From the NCBI GenBank assembly GCA_964016885.1, contig OZ024741.1, positions 332,692,001-332,756,000 on the forward strand: a stretch of DNA of 64,000 nt. Direction: 5' to 3'. Numbering within the stretch: position 1 is the first letter of the stretch; every line of letters begins with the position of its first letter. This document shows positions 42,231-56,989 of this stretch, in pieces. The notes under the pieces are model-generated. The model ran no database searches. It had not been told where the DNA came from and worked only from the letters and a program-made list of their open reading frames with translations. The position numbers were made by a program, and so were the translations under genes. The DNA comes from Eledone cirrhosa (taxonomy: Eukaryota).

Positions 42231-45200
42231 TCATCATCATCATCATCGTCACCGTTTTACGTCCGTTCTTCCACGCTAGCATGGGTTAGACGGGTTGTCC
42301 TGTTGTGGGCAGTGTCTGGTCGGCTGACCATGCCTTGCTCATACAGGAACTGATTTGGCTTGATTTCTACAGCTGGATGCCCTTCCTAACACCAACCTCA
42401 TTTAGAGTGAGTGCTGGGTGCTTTTTCGTGGCGCCTACACGTCCACTTTACAGTGTGGGCTGGGTGCTTTTTTGCCGTGGCACCTCCACGACCACCTTGC
42501 GGTGGGGGGGGGGCATATTGTCTATATGCTTCAGCTTGTACCCATGGGAGGTCTGGTACTCTGTATTACTGCGTCACGCCAGAGGTCACGGTCGTGTGTC
42601 ATCGCCTTTGAGAGGTGTAATTGGGTAAGGTCGGCTTTTATCACCTCATCCTAGGTCATCTTGGGTCTCCCCACTCCACGGTTTCCATCGACTTCTAGTG
42701 CTCTGCACCTTTTTATGCAGCTGTCATCCTTCATACACATCACATGTCCATACCAATGCAACCGCCTCTCCTGCACACAGCATTTGATTCCTCTTATGCT
42801 CAGTCTCTCTCTCAATTCATTTATGCTTTGTCGTTCACGTATATTACTATTACACATCCATCGGAGCATGCAGGCTTCGTTTCTCTCTAATCTACGTAAG
42901 TCTTCGACCTTCAGCGCCCAGGTCTCACTACCATGCAACATCGCTGTTCGGATACACGCATCATACAGTCTGCCTTTCATTTTGAGGGAGAAGCCTTTTG
43001 CAGCTAGCAGTGGTAGTAATTCCCTAAACTTCTTCCATCCCATTCTTACCCTAGTTATTGAACTTTCTGAACACCCACCTCCGCTGCTAATTCGGTCACC
43101 TAGGTAGCAAAAGCTGTCTACTGTTTCTACAGAGCCCTCCCAGAGATTGGTGGTACTTGTTTCCTGTGGCTGTTTGCTGCTTGCTGTCCCAGCACAGCTG
43201 CTGCATGTGAAGCCTACATTCTTAATTAAGCTTCCTGAGATCCCGCTACATCTCTTGTGTACCCATTGTTTGCATTTGGGGCAGAGAATGGAGTTCCTAC
43301 CTACACCTTTCCTACATACTGAGCAAGGCCATTTCCCTGAGGGGATCTGGGTTCTGTTTTCTCGTCTACTTACAAGGACCTTAGTCTTTGTCATGTTGAC
43401 TTTGAGACCCTTTCTTTCTAGTCCCTGCTTCCAAGTTTGGAATTTCTTCTCTAGTTCTACCATAGATTCAGCTATAAGTGCGAGGTCATCAGCATACAGG
43501 AGTTCCCATGGGCATCCGGTCTTAAACTCCTCCGTTATTGCCTGCAGGACTATGATGAACAAGAGGGGGCTAAGAACAGAGCCCTGGTGTACCCCAACCT
43601 GTACGCTAAATTCCTCGCTATACTCATTGCTAATCCTAACTTTGTTGACTGCTCCCCTATACATGGCTTGTACCGCTTTCACAAGCCATTCATCTACTCC
43701 TAGTTTTCTAAGAGTCCACCAAATTACAGCACGTGGAACTCTGTCAAAGGCTTTCTCAAGGTCGACAAATGCTAGGTAGAGTGGCTTACTTTTAGCTAGG
43801 TACTTTTCCTGTAACTGCCTGACAAGGAAGAGGGCATCAGTGGTGCCTCTTCCTGGTACAAACCAAAATTGCATCTCGTCTAGTTTCACCCGGTCCCTAA
43901 TCAACTGTGCTATAACTCTTTCTGTTACTTTCATGACCTGGTCCATCAGCTTTATACCTCTATAGTTTCCTCTATCTAGTGCATCACCTTGACCTTTGTA
44001 GCAGTTGACAATGATGCTACTGCACCAATCTTTTGGTATGACACCTTCTAGTATTACCTGGTTAACAATATGTGTGGTTATAGTGTGACCTAAGACCCAG
44101 ATGCCTTCAGCATCTCGGCAGCTATACCCGATGGACCGGTTGCCTTCCCCATCTTCATATCTTTTATTGCCTTACTTACTACGTTGCTGCTGACTTGTAC
44201 TGCTGGCTCCTCTATAGGGTCTACTTGGGGTAGGGTCTCTTCTTCCCATGCATTCTCCTCATTTAGTAATCTATCATAATGACTCTTCCATGCATCTTTC
44301 TTCTCAGCACTTGTGAGGGCAAGCTCACCTTTATCATTCCGGATACACTTCTCTCCAATGACATCACTATTCTCTCTGACACACTGCCTCGCAATCTTGA
44401 ACACCTCCTGTTTCTGGTCCTCACGTTGCAAAACATGCTTGAATTTTCTATCCTCTGCTTCCCTCCTAGCTAAGTATACTTGTCACCTAGCTTCCCTCTT
44501 GGTCTCTATGTAATGTACCCTGCTCCCCCCCCCCATTCTTCCATTCTTTCCATGCTTGTCTCTTGGCCTTAACTGCCTCATCTACCTTATTGTTCCACCA
44601 CCAAGTCACTCTCCTCCTGCTTGAGGTCTTACTGCAGCCACAGACCTCATCCGTCGCCTCTAGTAAGTTATTTTTTAGGAACTCCCAGTTCTCTTCTACA
44701 TTGAATGTCTCTATCTGTTCTTCTTTACTGTCGTAGGCATTGAGGAAAATATCTTTAAATCTGTTACTGGTTGAGGGGTCTTTCAGCTTCCAGATCTTTC
44801 TTCTCCAGGTTGGCCTCTGTTTCCAGGTTCGTCTAGTTCTGACTGTGAGGTCGCTGACAACTAAGCTATGTTGGGATGTACATTCCTCACTAGGGAAGGC
44901 TTTTGTGTTTACGACCGTCCATCTGTCACGTCCTCTGATGAGGATAAAATCTATCTGACGAGAGTGCTCCCTTGATCTATAGGTGATCAGGTGGTTGTCG
45001 GGTTTTTTAAAGTTTGTGTTACATATCCACATGCCATTGGCGTCACAGAATTCTAGAAGTCTGAATCCTTCCTCATTTCTTGTGCCAACCCCATGGCCTC
45101 CATGTACTCTATTGAAGCCATCGCAGTGTTTACCTACGTGTTCGTTAAAATCTCCTGCGATGATTAGGAAGTTATTGTCATCTGTTAGAGCAGTAGTGTG

Positions 45201-45320
45201 CATTAGGGACTCGTAAAACCTATCCTTAAGCTCGTCTGGCAGCCCCGATTGGGGTGCGTAAGCTGATATTATTGTGGTAATTGTTTTATTCAGGACTAGT
45301 CTGAGTTTAATGATTCTTGC
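42231..45320 (-). mobile_element. Near-full-length RTE LINE (family 1), disabled
   Basis: APE motifs [24 protein letters not shown]; RT motifs FVDLEKAFD, GVHQGSVLSPLLF, YADD. Stops at ~44090 and ~42651 and a frameshift near 44525. 5'-truncated in (TA)n. Confidence 0.95.
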
Positions 45321-45471
<151 letters not shown>

Positions 45472-46209
45472 AAAGGTAAACAGAAATAACAACACAATCG
45501 CTACAGTATATGGAAGGGATATATTAGGTTAACGCTTGATATAGCAGGAAGAGGGTTTTAACGTTTCGGATGCTAGTCCCTCATCAGAAGAAAGAATGAG
45601 AAATAAGATAGAGTGAGGGGACGGGCTGTTTGGAATTGGGAAAAATGTCTTTAGATAAAAATAACAGGTCCATTCATGTTGACATCTCTTGTATATACGA
45701 TGGGTTTCGGTAGCTTCCATCTACCAAATTCCACTCAAAAGGCATTAGTCAACACAAGGCTATAGTAGAAGACACCTGTCAAGGGTAATTACAGTAGCAC
45801 TGAACCTTGTTGTGAAGCAAATTTCTTAACTACACAGCTACGTTTACACCTATTTAACACTTTTTATTTCAACCCTTCCAAACCCATCTTGTTGGTGTTG
45901 TAGTAGTTGTTGTTGTTTGTGTGTGTGTATAGTGTGGGGAGGGGGGGGGGGCGCTCTCTCTCATTTCTATGTTAGTTTCAATGTAAATTATGACCATCAA
46001 TAACAACCAGCAACACAAAATACTGTGACCCCCCCCCACCCACCAGTAAGAATCCCACTATTACCAATCACCACCGCCATCCCTACCAACAACAACAACA
46101 ATCATAATCACTATCACTACTACTACCACTACCAACAAACACCAAAACCACCACCTCTCTTACTACCTCAACACAACAATCAGCACCACTACTAAATTTC
46201 ACCAAATGC

Positions 46210-49200
46210 ATCACTACTACCACCACTACTACTACCACCACCACTACTCAAACACAACAACCATCATCACTACTATTACCCACCATCACTACTACCACCA
46301 CTACTACTACCACCACCACTACTCAAACACAACAACCATCATCACTACTATTACCCACCATCACTACTACCACCACTACTACTACCACCACCACTACTCC
46401 AACACAACAACCATCATCACTACTATTACCCACCATCACTACTAACCACCACTACTACTACCACCACCACTACTCCAACACAACAACCATCATCACTACT
46501 ATTACCCACCATCACTACTAACCACCACTACTACTACCACCACCACTACTCCAACACAACAACCATCACCACTACTATTACCCACCATCACTACTAACCA
46601 CCACTACTACCACCACCACTACTCCAACACAACAACCATCATCACTACTATTACCCACCATCACTACTACCACCACTACTACTACCACCACCACTACTCA
46701 AACACAACAACCATCATCACTACTATTACCCACCATCACTACTACCACCACTACTACTACCACCACCACTACTCAAACACAACAACCATCATCACTACTA
46801 TTACCCACCATCACTACTAACCACCACTACTACTACCACCACCACTACTCCAACACAACAACCATCATCACTACTATTACCCACCATCACTACTAACCAC
46901 CACTACTACCGCCACCACTACTCCAACACAACAACCATCACCACTACTATTACCCACCATCACTACTACCACCACTACTACTACCACCACCACTACTCAA
47001 ACACAACAACCATCATCACTACTATTACCCACCATCACTACTAACCACCACTACTACCGCCACCACTACTCCAACACAACAACCATCACCACTACTATTA
47101 CCCACCATCACTACTAACCACCACTACTACCGCCACCACTACTCCAACACAACAACCATCACCACTACTATTACCCACCATCACTACTACCACCACTACT
47201 ACTACCACCACCACTACTCAAACACAACAACCATCACCACTACTATTACCCACCATCACTACTACCACCACTACTACTACCACCACCACTACTCAAACAC
47301 AACAACCATCATCACTACTACTACCGCCACCACTACTCCAACACAACAACCATCATCACTACTATTACCCACCATCACTACTACCACCACTACTACTACC
47401 ACCACCACTACTCAAACACAACAACCATCATCACTACTATTACCCACCATCACTACTACCACCACTACTACTACCACCACCACTACTCAAACACAACAAC
47501 CATCATCACTACTATTACCCACCATCACTACTACCACCACTACTACTACCACCACCACTACTCAAACACAACAACCATCATCACTACTATTACCCACCAT
47601 CACTACTACCACCACTACTACTACCACCACCACTACTCAAACACAACAACCATCATCACTACTATTACCCACCATCACTACTACCACCACTACTACTACC
47701 ACCACCACTACTCCAACACAACAACCATCATCACTACTATTACCCACCATCACTACTAACCACCACTACTACTACCACCACCACTACTCCAACACAACAA
47801 CCATCATCACTACTATTACCCACCATCACTACTAACCACCACTACTACTACCACCACCACTACTCCAACACAACAACCATCATCACTACTATTACCCACC
47901 ATCACTACTAACCACCACTACTACTACCACCACCACTACTCCAACACAACAACCATCATCACTACTATTACCCACCATCACTACTAACCACCACTACTAC
48001 TACCACCACCACTACTCCAACACAACAACCATCATCACTACTATTACCCACCATCACTACTAACCACCACTACTACTACCACCACCACTACTCCAACACA
48101 ACAACCATCATCACTACTACTACCACCACCACTACTCCAACACAACAACCATCATCACTACTATTACCCACCATCACTACTAACCACCACTACTACTACC
48201 GCCACCACTACTCCAACACAACAACCATCATCACTACTACTACAACCACCACTACTCCAACACAACAACCATCATTACTACTATTACCCACCATCACTAC
48301 TAACCACCACTACTACCACCACCACTACTCCAACACAACAACCATCATCACTACTATTACCCACCATCACTACTAACCACCACTACTACTACCACCACCA
48401 CTACTCCAACACAACAACCATCACCACTACTATTACCCACCATCACTACTAACCACCACTACTACCACCACCACTACTCCAACACAACAACCATCATCAC
48501 TACTATTACCCACCATCACTACTAACCACCACTACTACTACCACCACCACTACTCCAACACAACAACCATCACCACTACTATTACCCACCATCACTACTA
48601 ACCACCACTACTACCACCACCACTACTCCAACACAACAACCATCATCACTACTATTACCCACCATCACTACTAACCACCACTACTACTACCACCACCACT
48701 ACTCCAACACAACAACCATCATCACTACTATTACCCACCATCACTACTAACCACCACTACTACTACCACCACCACTACTCCAACACAACAACCATCATCA
48801 CTACTATTACCCACCATCACTACTAACCACCACTACTACTACCACCACCACTACTCCAACACAACAACCATCATCACTACTACTACCACCACCACTACTC
48901 CAACACAACAACCATCATCACTACTATTACCCACCATCACTACTAACCACCACTACTACTACCGCCACCACTACTCCAACACAACAACCATCATCACTAC
49001 TACTACCACCACCACTACTCCAACACAACAACCATCATTACTACTATTACCCACCATCACTACTAACCACCACTACTACCACCACCACTACTCCAACACA
49101 ACAACCATCATCACTACTATTACCCACCATCACTACTAACCACCACTACTACTACCACCACCACTACTCCAACACAACAACCATCATCACTACTATTACC

Positions 49201-49990
49201 CACCATCACTACTAACCACCACTACTACCACCACCACTACTCCAACACAACAACCATCATCACTACTATTACCCACCATCACTACTAACCACCACTACTA
49301 CTACTGCCACCACTACTCCAACACAACAACCATCATCACTACTATTACCCACCATCACTACTAACCACCACTACTACTACCACCACCACTACTCCAACAC
49401 AACAACCATCATCACTACTATTACCCACCATCACTACTAACCATCACTACTACTACCGCCACCACTACTCCAACACAACAACCATCATCACTACTACTAC
49501 CACCACCACTACTCCAACACAACAACCATCATTACTACTATTACCCACCATCACTACTAACCACCACTACTACCACCACCACTACTCCAACACAACAACC
49601 ATCATCACTACTATTACCCACCATCACTACTAACCACCACTACTACCACCACCACTACTCCAACACAACAACCATCATCACTACTATTACCCACCATCAC
49701 TACTAACCATCACTACTACTACCGCCACCACTACTCCAACACAACAACCATCATCACTACTACTACCACCACCACTACTCCAACACAACAACCATCATTA
49801 CTACTATTATCCACCATCACTACTAACCACCACTACTACCACCACCACTACTCCAACACAACAACCATCATCACTACTATTACCCACCCTCACTACTACC
49901 ACCACTACTACTACCACCACCACTACTCCAACACAACAACCATCATCACTACTATTACCCACCATCACTACCATCACTACCACTACTACC
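46210..49990 (+). repeat. ~73-76-bp minisatellite built from CAC/TAC/AAC triplets, roughly 50 units
   Basis: Recurrent ccaacacaacaaccatcatcactactattacccaccatcactacta, with occasional shorter variants. Confidence 0.95.
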
Positions 49991-50984
49991 ACCACCACTC
50001 ACCACCACTACTACCACTATTACTACCATTACCACTACTAACAAGGCCACTGCCACCAAACTTCATCAAATATATCATTAGCCACCACCATTACTATCAC
50101 CAGCATTAACACCACCACCACCACCTCCACCACCACCACCACCACCACCACCACCACCACCACCACCATCACTACTACCACTATGCGCTTTACTGTTTTG
50201 GCTGGTCCCTAAATCCCCTTCTTTACAGCCCCACCACCACCACCACCACCAACAACAATAGCAATAACACCACTACCAATAAACACCAGCACCACTCATA
50301 CTACTATGTCCAACTGCAATAACATCAATACCACCACCAACACCACCACTAAGACTACTGTCACCATCACAACCAATAACAACAATATCAACACCACCAT
50401 AACCAACACCACCACCATCACCACCACCAATAACACCATCACTACCATCACTACACCACCACTACCATCACTACCATCACTACACCACCACCACCACTAC
50501 CAACATCAACACCAACATGACTGGACTGCCACCATCAGCACCACCAACAACAACATTAACACCACCATCACCAACACCACCACCAACACCACCATCACCA
50601 CTAACAACAGCAACACCACCACCACCTACACCACCACTACACCACCACTGCCAACAACAACAACATCAACACCACCATCACCAACACCACCAACAACACC
50701 ACCATCATCAACAACAACAGCAACGCCACAACCATCACCAACAACAACAGCAACATCACTGTCACCATCACCACTACCACCACCACTACTCCCCAGGCTA
50801 CCTTCAATTCACTGTCTCCCTTATCTCCTCCTCATCTGGGGATGGGAAAGGAGAGGGGGAGAGAGGGTCATCAAATTGAAATTTATGACCTGAAATCTGT
50901 TCAGTGTTTGACTTGGATGGCAGCAGGGAAAATAAAATCTTTATCAATTTTATTCCAGCTCTGTTTAATATCATCCTGGACACA

Positions 50985-51510
50985 GTGTGGCAGAGCAGTT
51001 AAGGGCTTGTTTTTGTAATTATTGGGCTATTAGGTTCAGGGTTCAATCCCACTGCATTGCATCCTAACTTTGTTGGGTTGACCCTAAGTTTTGTGAGTAA
51101 AACTGGGCAGACAGAAACTGTTTGGAAGCTCAGTAAATGAACTGTACCTGTATTTCCAAAAGATAGCTGTGTCACGCATATGTCATGCAAAATGTCCCTG
51201 AGAGTTATGTTAAAGATACACATGTCTATGGAATACTTTGTCACTTGCACTATAACATGGACTGTACCTGTAATTCAAAGAGACAGCTATGTCACATACA
51301 TTATGCCATGCTAAATCTCCCTGAGAATTAAGTCAAAGGTACACATTTTTATGGAATATTCAGCCACTTACACTACAATACAAGATAGACTGTACTTGTA
51401 ATTCAAAGGACCATCCTTGTCACATACCATGTCATGCTGAATCTCCCCAAGAATTACATTAAGTGTACATATGTTTGAGGAATGCTCAGCTACTTACATG
51501 TTAATTTCTC
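50985..51510 (+). mobile_element. Old tRNA-head SINE with triplicated ~120-130-bp body
   Basis: GGTTCAATCCC B-box; the unit actgtac.tgta.tt..aaa...tccctgag...cacttgcac occurs three times. Confidence 0.6.
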
Positions 51511-52400
51511 TTTCTCCATCTTCAGGCAACTGAAGATTTACCATTGTGTTACCATATTTCTAATGAAAGACACTATCCATGATTTTCAAATTTTTTAAAT
51601 TATCAAGAATTCTGAGGAATTTAGAAATATAACTTTCTCATCAAACTGGTGTTTGAAATATAATTTAATAAAAGTTCTTACATAAAATTCTAATGAAAGG
51701 TTTCAGATAGATATAAAGAATTTAACCCTTTCATTGTCATTTCTCATGAAAGATATTACTTATGATTTTTTTAATCATTTTGAAAATAATCAAGAATTTG
51801 GTGGGCTTGCGAAGTATAATTTTTAGATAAATATAAACACTTTAACCATTTTGTTACCATATTTCTAATGAAAAACACTACTTATGGTTTTCGAATCATT
51901 TTGAAAATCACGAATTTTGAGTGATTTAGTAATATAACTAACTTTCTTATTAAACTAGTGTTTGGAATATAACTTAACAAAGGCTCTTACCTAAAATTAT
52001 GATGGAAAACTTTTAGATAAATATAAACACTTTAACCTTTTCATTACCATATTTCTAATGTCAGTGTCTATAATTTTCAAATCATTTTGAAGATTAAAAA
52101 GAATTCGGAGGAAATTAGTAACACAACATTATATTTGGAACTTAAAGGTTCTTACATAAAATTATGAATATAAACATTTTAACATTGTCATTACCATATT
52201 TCTAATGAAAGATATTACCTATAATTTCCATCTTGTTCTCTCCAGGGCCACGCCTATAACCTGATGCTTCCTTTGCTTGGTGTAATAGAAATTGAGGAAA
52301 GACATTGCCACATGACTAGCCTGGTCTGGTCTGGAAAATGGATGTTAAGCAGTGATGATGATGATTGTGTGTGTGTGTATGCGTGTATATATCTATCTAT

Positions 52401-52719
52401 CTAAGGCGGGTAAAATTCCCGAGATCCATGGACGAGTTCTCTCCAGCGGTCTCTGTCCCTCATTATCGCTGCCATATCCTGCATCTCCAACAGACCAGTG
52501 TCTGTCCTTAGGGCATCAACCAAGAAACTCACTCAGATGGTGGATGGGTGCTACACGAGAATGCTGAGGATGGCTCTGAACATTAATCAGTATACACTGA
52601 GGATGAAAAACTCAGAACTGTATGGGAGCATCCCAAAAGTCAGCTCAAAAGTGACACAGAGGAGACTGAGGTTGGCTGGACATGCTCACCGACATCCAGA
52701 GTTGACATTGCACTCAGTG
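52401..52719 (-). mobile_element. RTE family 3 fragment with 5' inversion
   Basis: 52401-52520 is the minus-strand 3' end, nearly identical to 11-130. 52521-52719 is upstream ORF on the plus strand (KKLTQMVDGCYTRMLR...LHSV). Confidence 0.85.
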
Positions 52720-52819
52720 TATATATATATTTTTTAATAAGGTCAAGTTTGAGTTGTTATTCTGGAGATACCCTTGTACACTCATTGTCATCATCATCAT
52801 CATCATGTATATATATATA

Positions 52820-53088
52820 TCATCATCATCATCATCATCATCAACGTTTAACGTCCGTGTTCCACGCTTGCATGGGTTTGGACGGGGGTATTCCCACTTG
52901 AGGCAAGAGTGATTGTCTTGCTCGCATAGGACTGTCTGGCAGGTTTTCTACAGTTGGATGCCCTTCCTAACACCAACCACATTTACAGTGTGGGTCTGGG
53001 AGGTTTTTACCGTGTTGCCTACATGGCCACATTACAGCGTGGACTGTGTGTTTTTTTGTCGTGACACCTACACGATCTCATTTGTTTT
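52820..53088 (-). mobile_element. RTE family 2 3'UTR fragment
   Basis: Matches 24796-25060. Confidence 0.85.
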
Positions 53089-53769
53089 ATATATATATAT
53101 ATAAGAGTGGAAGTTAGTAAAATTGAAGTTGCGGCGGTCGGCCAGCACCCATGAAAGAACAATTTGGAGCTTGCATGAAGCACTAAATAAGAATGTATCG
53201 ATAAATCGATAAGTTACAGCTTAGAGTGATTAACATACATTAAATAGCATGACAAATTGAGAACTGTGGTTAGGGGGACAAAGCCACAGAGGCCACCACA
53301 ACAACGAAAATACAATCAATATATATGTGTGTGTGTGTGTTTCATCCGTAGATGAAAGACCAAGGAAAACAGTGCTCAATCTGTGTAAAGAGAGCTTATT
53401 TAGTATAAATAAAGTTTCATACACTTAATATGTATGTGCTACCATTGGTTTCGGGGTCTAGCTATAGCCACTGTTGAATGTTGGAGGAGGCACTTTTAAA
53501 CTGGCCCTTCATTCAGGCATGTGGACAAAAATATGAAAAAGATGTATATTTAAAACAGGGGAGGCAAATCTGGCCTGAAATCTGCCTGTATATGAATTTA
53601 TCAAAATTTCTAGGGCTATTCTGTCCAGTGGGTAAAGGGAGGTGACTGATGAATTTATCAGGTACTTCGTAAATAGATAAGATGATTAAGTCAAGCTGTT
53701 GTATGTAAACAGACACACACACACACACATGGACATAGATAATGAACTATTAAGATTTAAAGATATGTG

Positions 53770-55285
53770 TTTCTACTTTTGGCACAAGGCCAGCAATTAT
53801 CCCAGTGTACCCATGGTACTTTATTTTATCGACCCCATAAGGATGAAAGGCGAAGTTAACCTCGACGGGATTTGAACTCAGACCATAAAGGGCCATAACT
53901 TTTTGCTGCAAAGCATGGCGTCTGACTCTCTCCCAATATAAGATATAATTGCTTCTACTTTAGGAACATGGCCAGCAATCACCCAGTGCATTACTGGTAC
54001 TTTATTTTATCGACCCCGTAAGGATGAAAGGCGAAGTCAACCTCGATGGAATTTGAACTCAGATCGTAAAGGGACGTAACTATGCTGGAAAGCATGGCAT
54101 CCGACCCTCTACCGATACTGCCAATCCACTGCCCTAATATAAGATATAATAGACATGTGTTTGCATGCATATGTGCACTCATACATGTATAACTTTGCAC
54201 ACAACGGTACAGGTAGCTATATATTCATACATGCATTGATATACACATAGACATTCGCCAACCTGTGTATGTCCCCAGAGCGTTCGTTGAGGGGTACTAG
54301 AGGTAGGTGGTGTCATGGATAGTTCAGTGAGATGGTGTCTTGCGGTATTCCCTTTTTGCCAGTGCTGTGGTGGTTTTCATATTGGGATGTTTAAATGAAG
54401 AAAGGTGTTTATTGGTGTGTAACGTTAAGTTAATATTGGTTCACCAGTTTGAGCACTTGATGCCTAAGTGGGTCCAGTTGAGAGTAAAGAATGCTTCATT
54501 CTTAAGTACAGTTTAAATATTCATTTCATTAAGACTAGATAATGAGTCTTGTTACTCTGGAGTAATAAGACTCACTATTTAGCCATGATAAAATGATTAT
54601 ATATATATAGATATGTATGTATATTTGTTTATTTCACCGTAGTTGGTATCCTTAAGAGGCAGAGTGTTAATAATAATAATTGTTCCTATTTTTGGCACAA
54701 GGCCACCAATTACCCAGTACATTACTGCTACTTTATTTTATCGACCCTGTAAGGATGAAAGGCAAAGTTAACCTTGGCGGGATTTGAACTCAGACCATAA
54801 AGGGGCATAACTCTATGCTGCAAAGCATGGCGCCCGACCTTCTACCGATACTGCCAATCCCCCGCCCTCTGTTAATAATAATAATAATGGTTTGTTATAT
54901 AGGCGCAAGGCCAGCAATTTTTGGGGAGGGGAAAGTCGATTAAATCGACCCCACTGCATTACTGGAACTTTATTTTATTTTAGTTAACTTCGGTGGGATT
55001 TGAACTCAGATCATAAAGGGACATAACTCTATGCTGCAAAGGAACAAAGTATCAATATAGCAGTTTCTTTATTTCCAATCACTCAGCTCAAGGTATGATT
55101 GGTATCGACCAGGTTCGACTATGGAATCAATAGCTCATCATATTTATGGATTCCTTAATGGATGTAGATATCTATAGACAGCATTCGAGGTTAACTTTGC
55201 CTTTCATCCTTACGGGGGTCGATAAAATAAAGTACCAGTAATGTACTGGGTAATTGCTGGCCTTGTGCCAAAAGTAGAAACAATT
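53770..55285. mobile_element. Cluster of five Meta-like SINE copies (four minus, one plus)
   Basis: Repeated ggtactttattttatcgacccc.taaggatgaaaggc.aagt.aacct. Confidence 0.8.
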
Positions 55286-55390
55286 ATATATATTATACAT
55301 TGTCAATTCATAATCTGTTGAGGTGTCATGTTATTCATTGGATTTGATTGGTGTGGGTGGCAGCAATAGAAAGAAAGAATGTAGAAAGAT

Positions 55391-56145
55391 ATCATCATCA
55401 TCATCATCATCGTTTTACGTCCGTTCTTCCACGCTAGCATGGGTTAGACGGTTTGTCCTTTTGTGAGCAGTGTCCAGTCGGCTGACCTTGTCTTGCTCAT
55501 ACAGGAACTGATTTTGGCTTGATTTCTACAGCTGCATGCCCTTCCTAACACCAACCTCATTTACAGTGAGTGCTGGGTGCTTTTTTCCGTGGCGCCTACA
55601 CGTCCACTTTACAGTGTGGGCTGGGTGCTTTTTTGCCATGGCACCTCCACGACCACTTTGCAGTGGGAGGGTGTGGGGGCATATTGTCTATATGCTTCAG
55701 CTTCGGCTTGTTCCTGTGGGGAGTCGGGTCTTCTGTGTTACTGGGTGATGCCAGAGGTCACGGTCATGTGTCATTGCTCTTGAGAGGTGCAATTGGGTAA
55801 GGTCGGCCTTACCTCATCCCAGGTCTTCTTGGGTTTCCCCACTCCGCGGCTTCCATCGACTTCTAGTGCTCTGCAGCTTTTTATGCCACTGTCATCCTTC
55901 ATACGCATCACATGTCCATACCAACGTAACCTCCTCTCCTGCACACATCATTTGATTCCTCTGATGCTCAGTCTCTCTCTCAATTCGTTTATACTTTGCC
56001 GTTCGCGTATTACACATCCATCAGAGCATGCAAGCTTCATTTCTTTCTAATCTGCGCAAGTCTTCTACAGACAGTGCCCAGGTTTCACTTCCATGTAACA
56101 TTGCTGTTCGTATACACGCATCATACATCTGCCTTTCATTTTGAG
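55391..56145 (-). mobile_element. Diverged 5'-truncated RTE (family 1 relative)
   Basis: Aligns by eye with 42231-42985, with indels. Confidence 0.85.
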
Positions 56146-56539
56146 AAAGCCTGGCTGTCAGAGAACTTCGTCGACCACACTTCACCTGACATCTGGCCTC
56201 CCAGCTCGCCTGACTGCAACCCCCTCAACTTCTTTGTGTGGGGCGCAGTGGAACGAGATACCAACAGATCTAGCTGCAATACGAAAGATGATCTGAAAGC
56301 CAGGATCACAAGTGCCTTTAGGGGTCTAAGTCGGGAGACAGTGACGAAGGCCTGTAGCCGGTTCCGAGGCCGCCTTGAGGCCGTCATCAAAGCCAATGGT
56401 GGGTTTATCAAGTGAGATCGAAAGAACAAGTCATGAAGACAAACTGACCCAAGTTTGATAAATAAATCTTAAAAAATAAAACTACTGTGTTACTTTTTCC
56501 TAGACAGTAATATTGAGAACAAATATCGTCCGCACCCTG
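56146..56539 (+). mobile_element. Tc1/mariner (maT/DD37D-like) transposase C-terminus plus right TIR
   Basis: WPPSSPDCNPLNFFVWG...FRGRLEAVIKANGG; ends ...CACCCTG followed by TA. Confidence 0.85.
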
Positions 56540-56548
56540 TATATGTAC

Positions 56549-56626
<78 letters not shown>

Positions 56627-56989
56627 CATATACATATGTAATATTTGGAAGATCTTATAAGTATTGTGTTATCTATAAAATAAACATTTATACATTGTTG
56701 TAATACTTAGTTAACAGAACTATCTTTTACTTCCATCATCCTTTGGTTTTAGTCTGGTGAAAGTTGGACTATCAAGTAGTTCTTTCCATTTGTTGAATGC
56801 TTAATTGGGTCTTTCAATATATCTCCCACCCTGACACTATAAATGGCAGATCCATTAAGGTGGCAGGAATAATAAGACACTGTGTACTTCTCTTTATTGC
56901 TGAGACCTCCATTTTACTTAAAGCTTTGAAACATATTAACAATATACTCTTATGTTTTTCATTTGAAAGAGAATTCTAGCTTATGAAGT

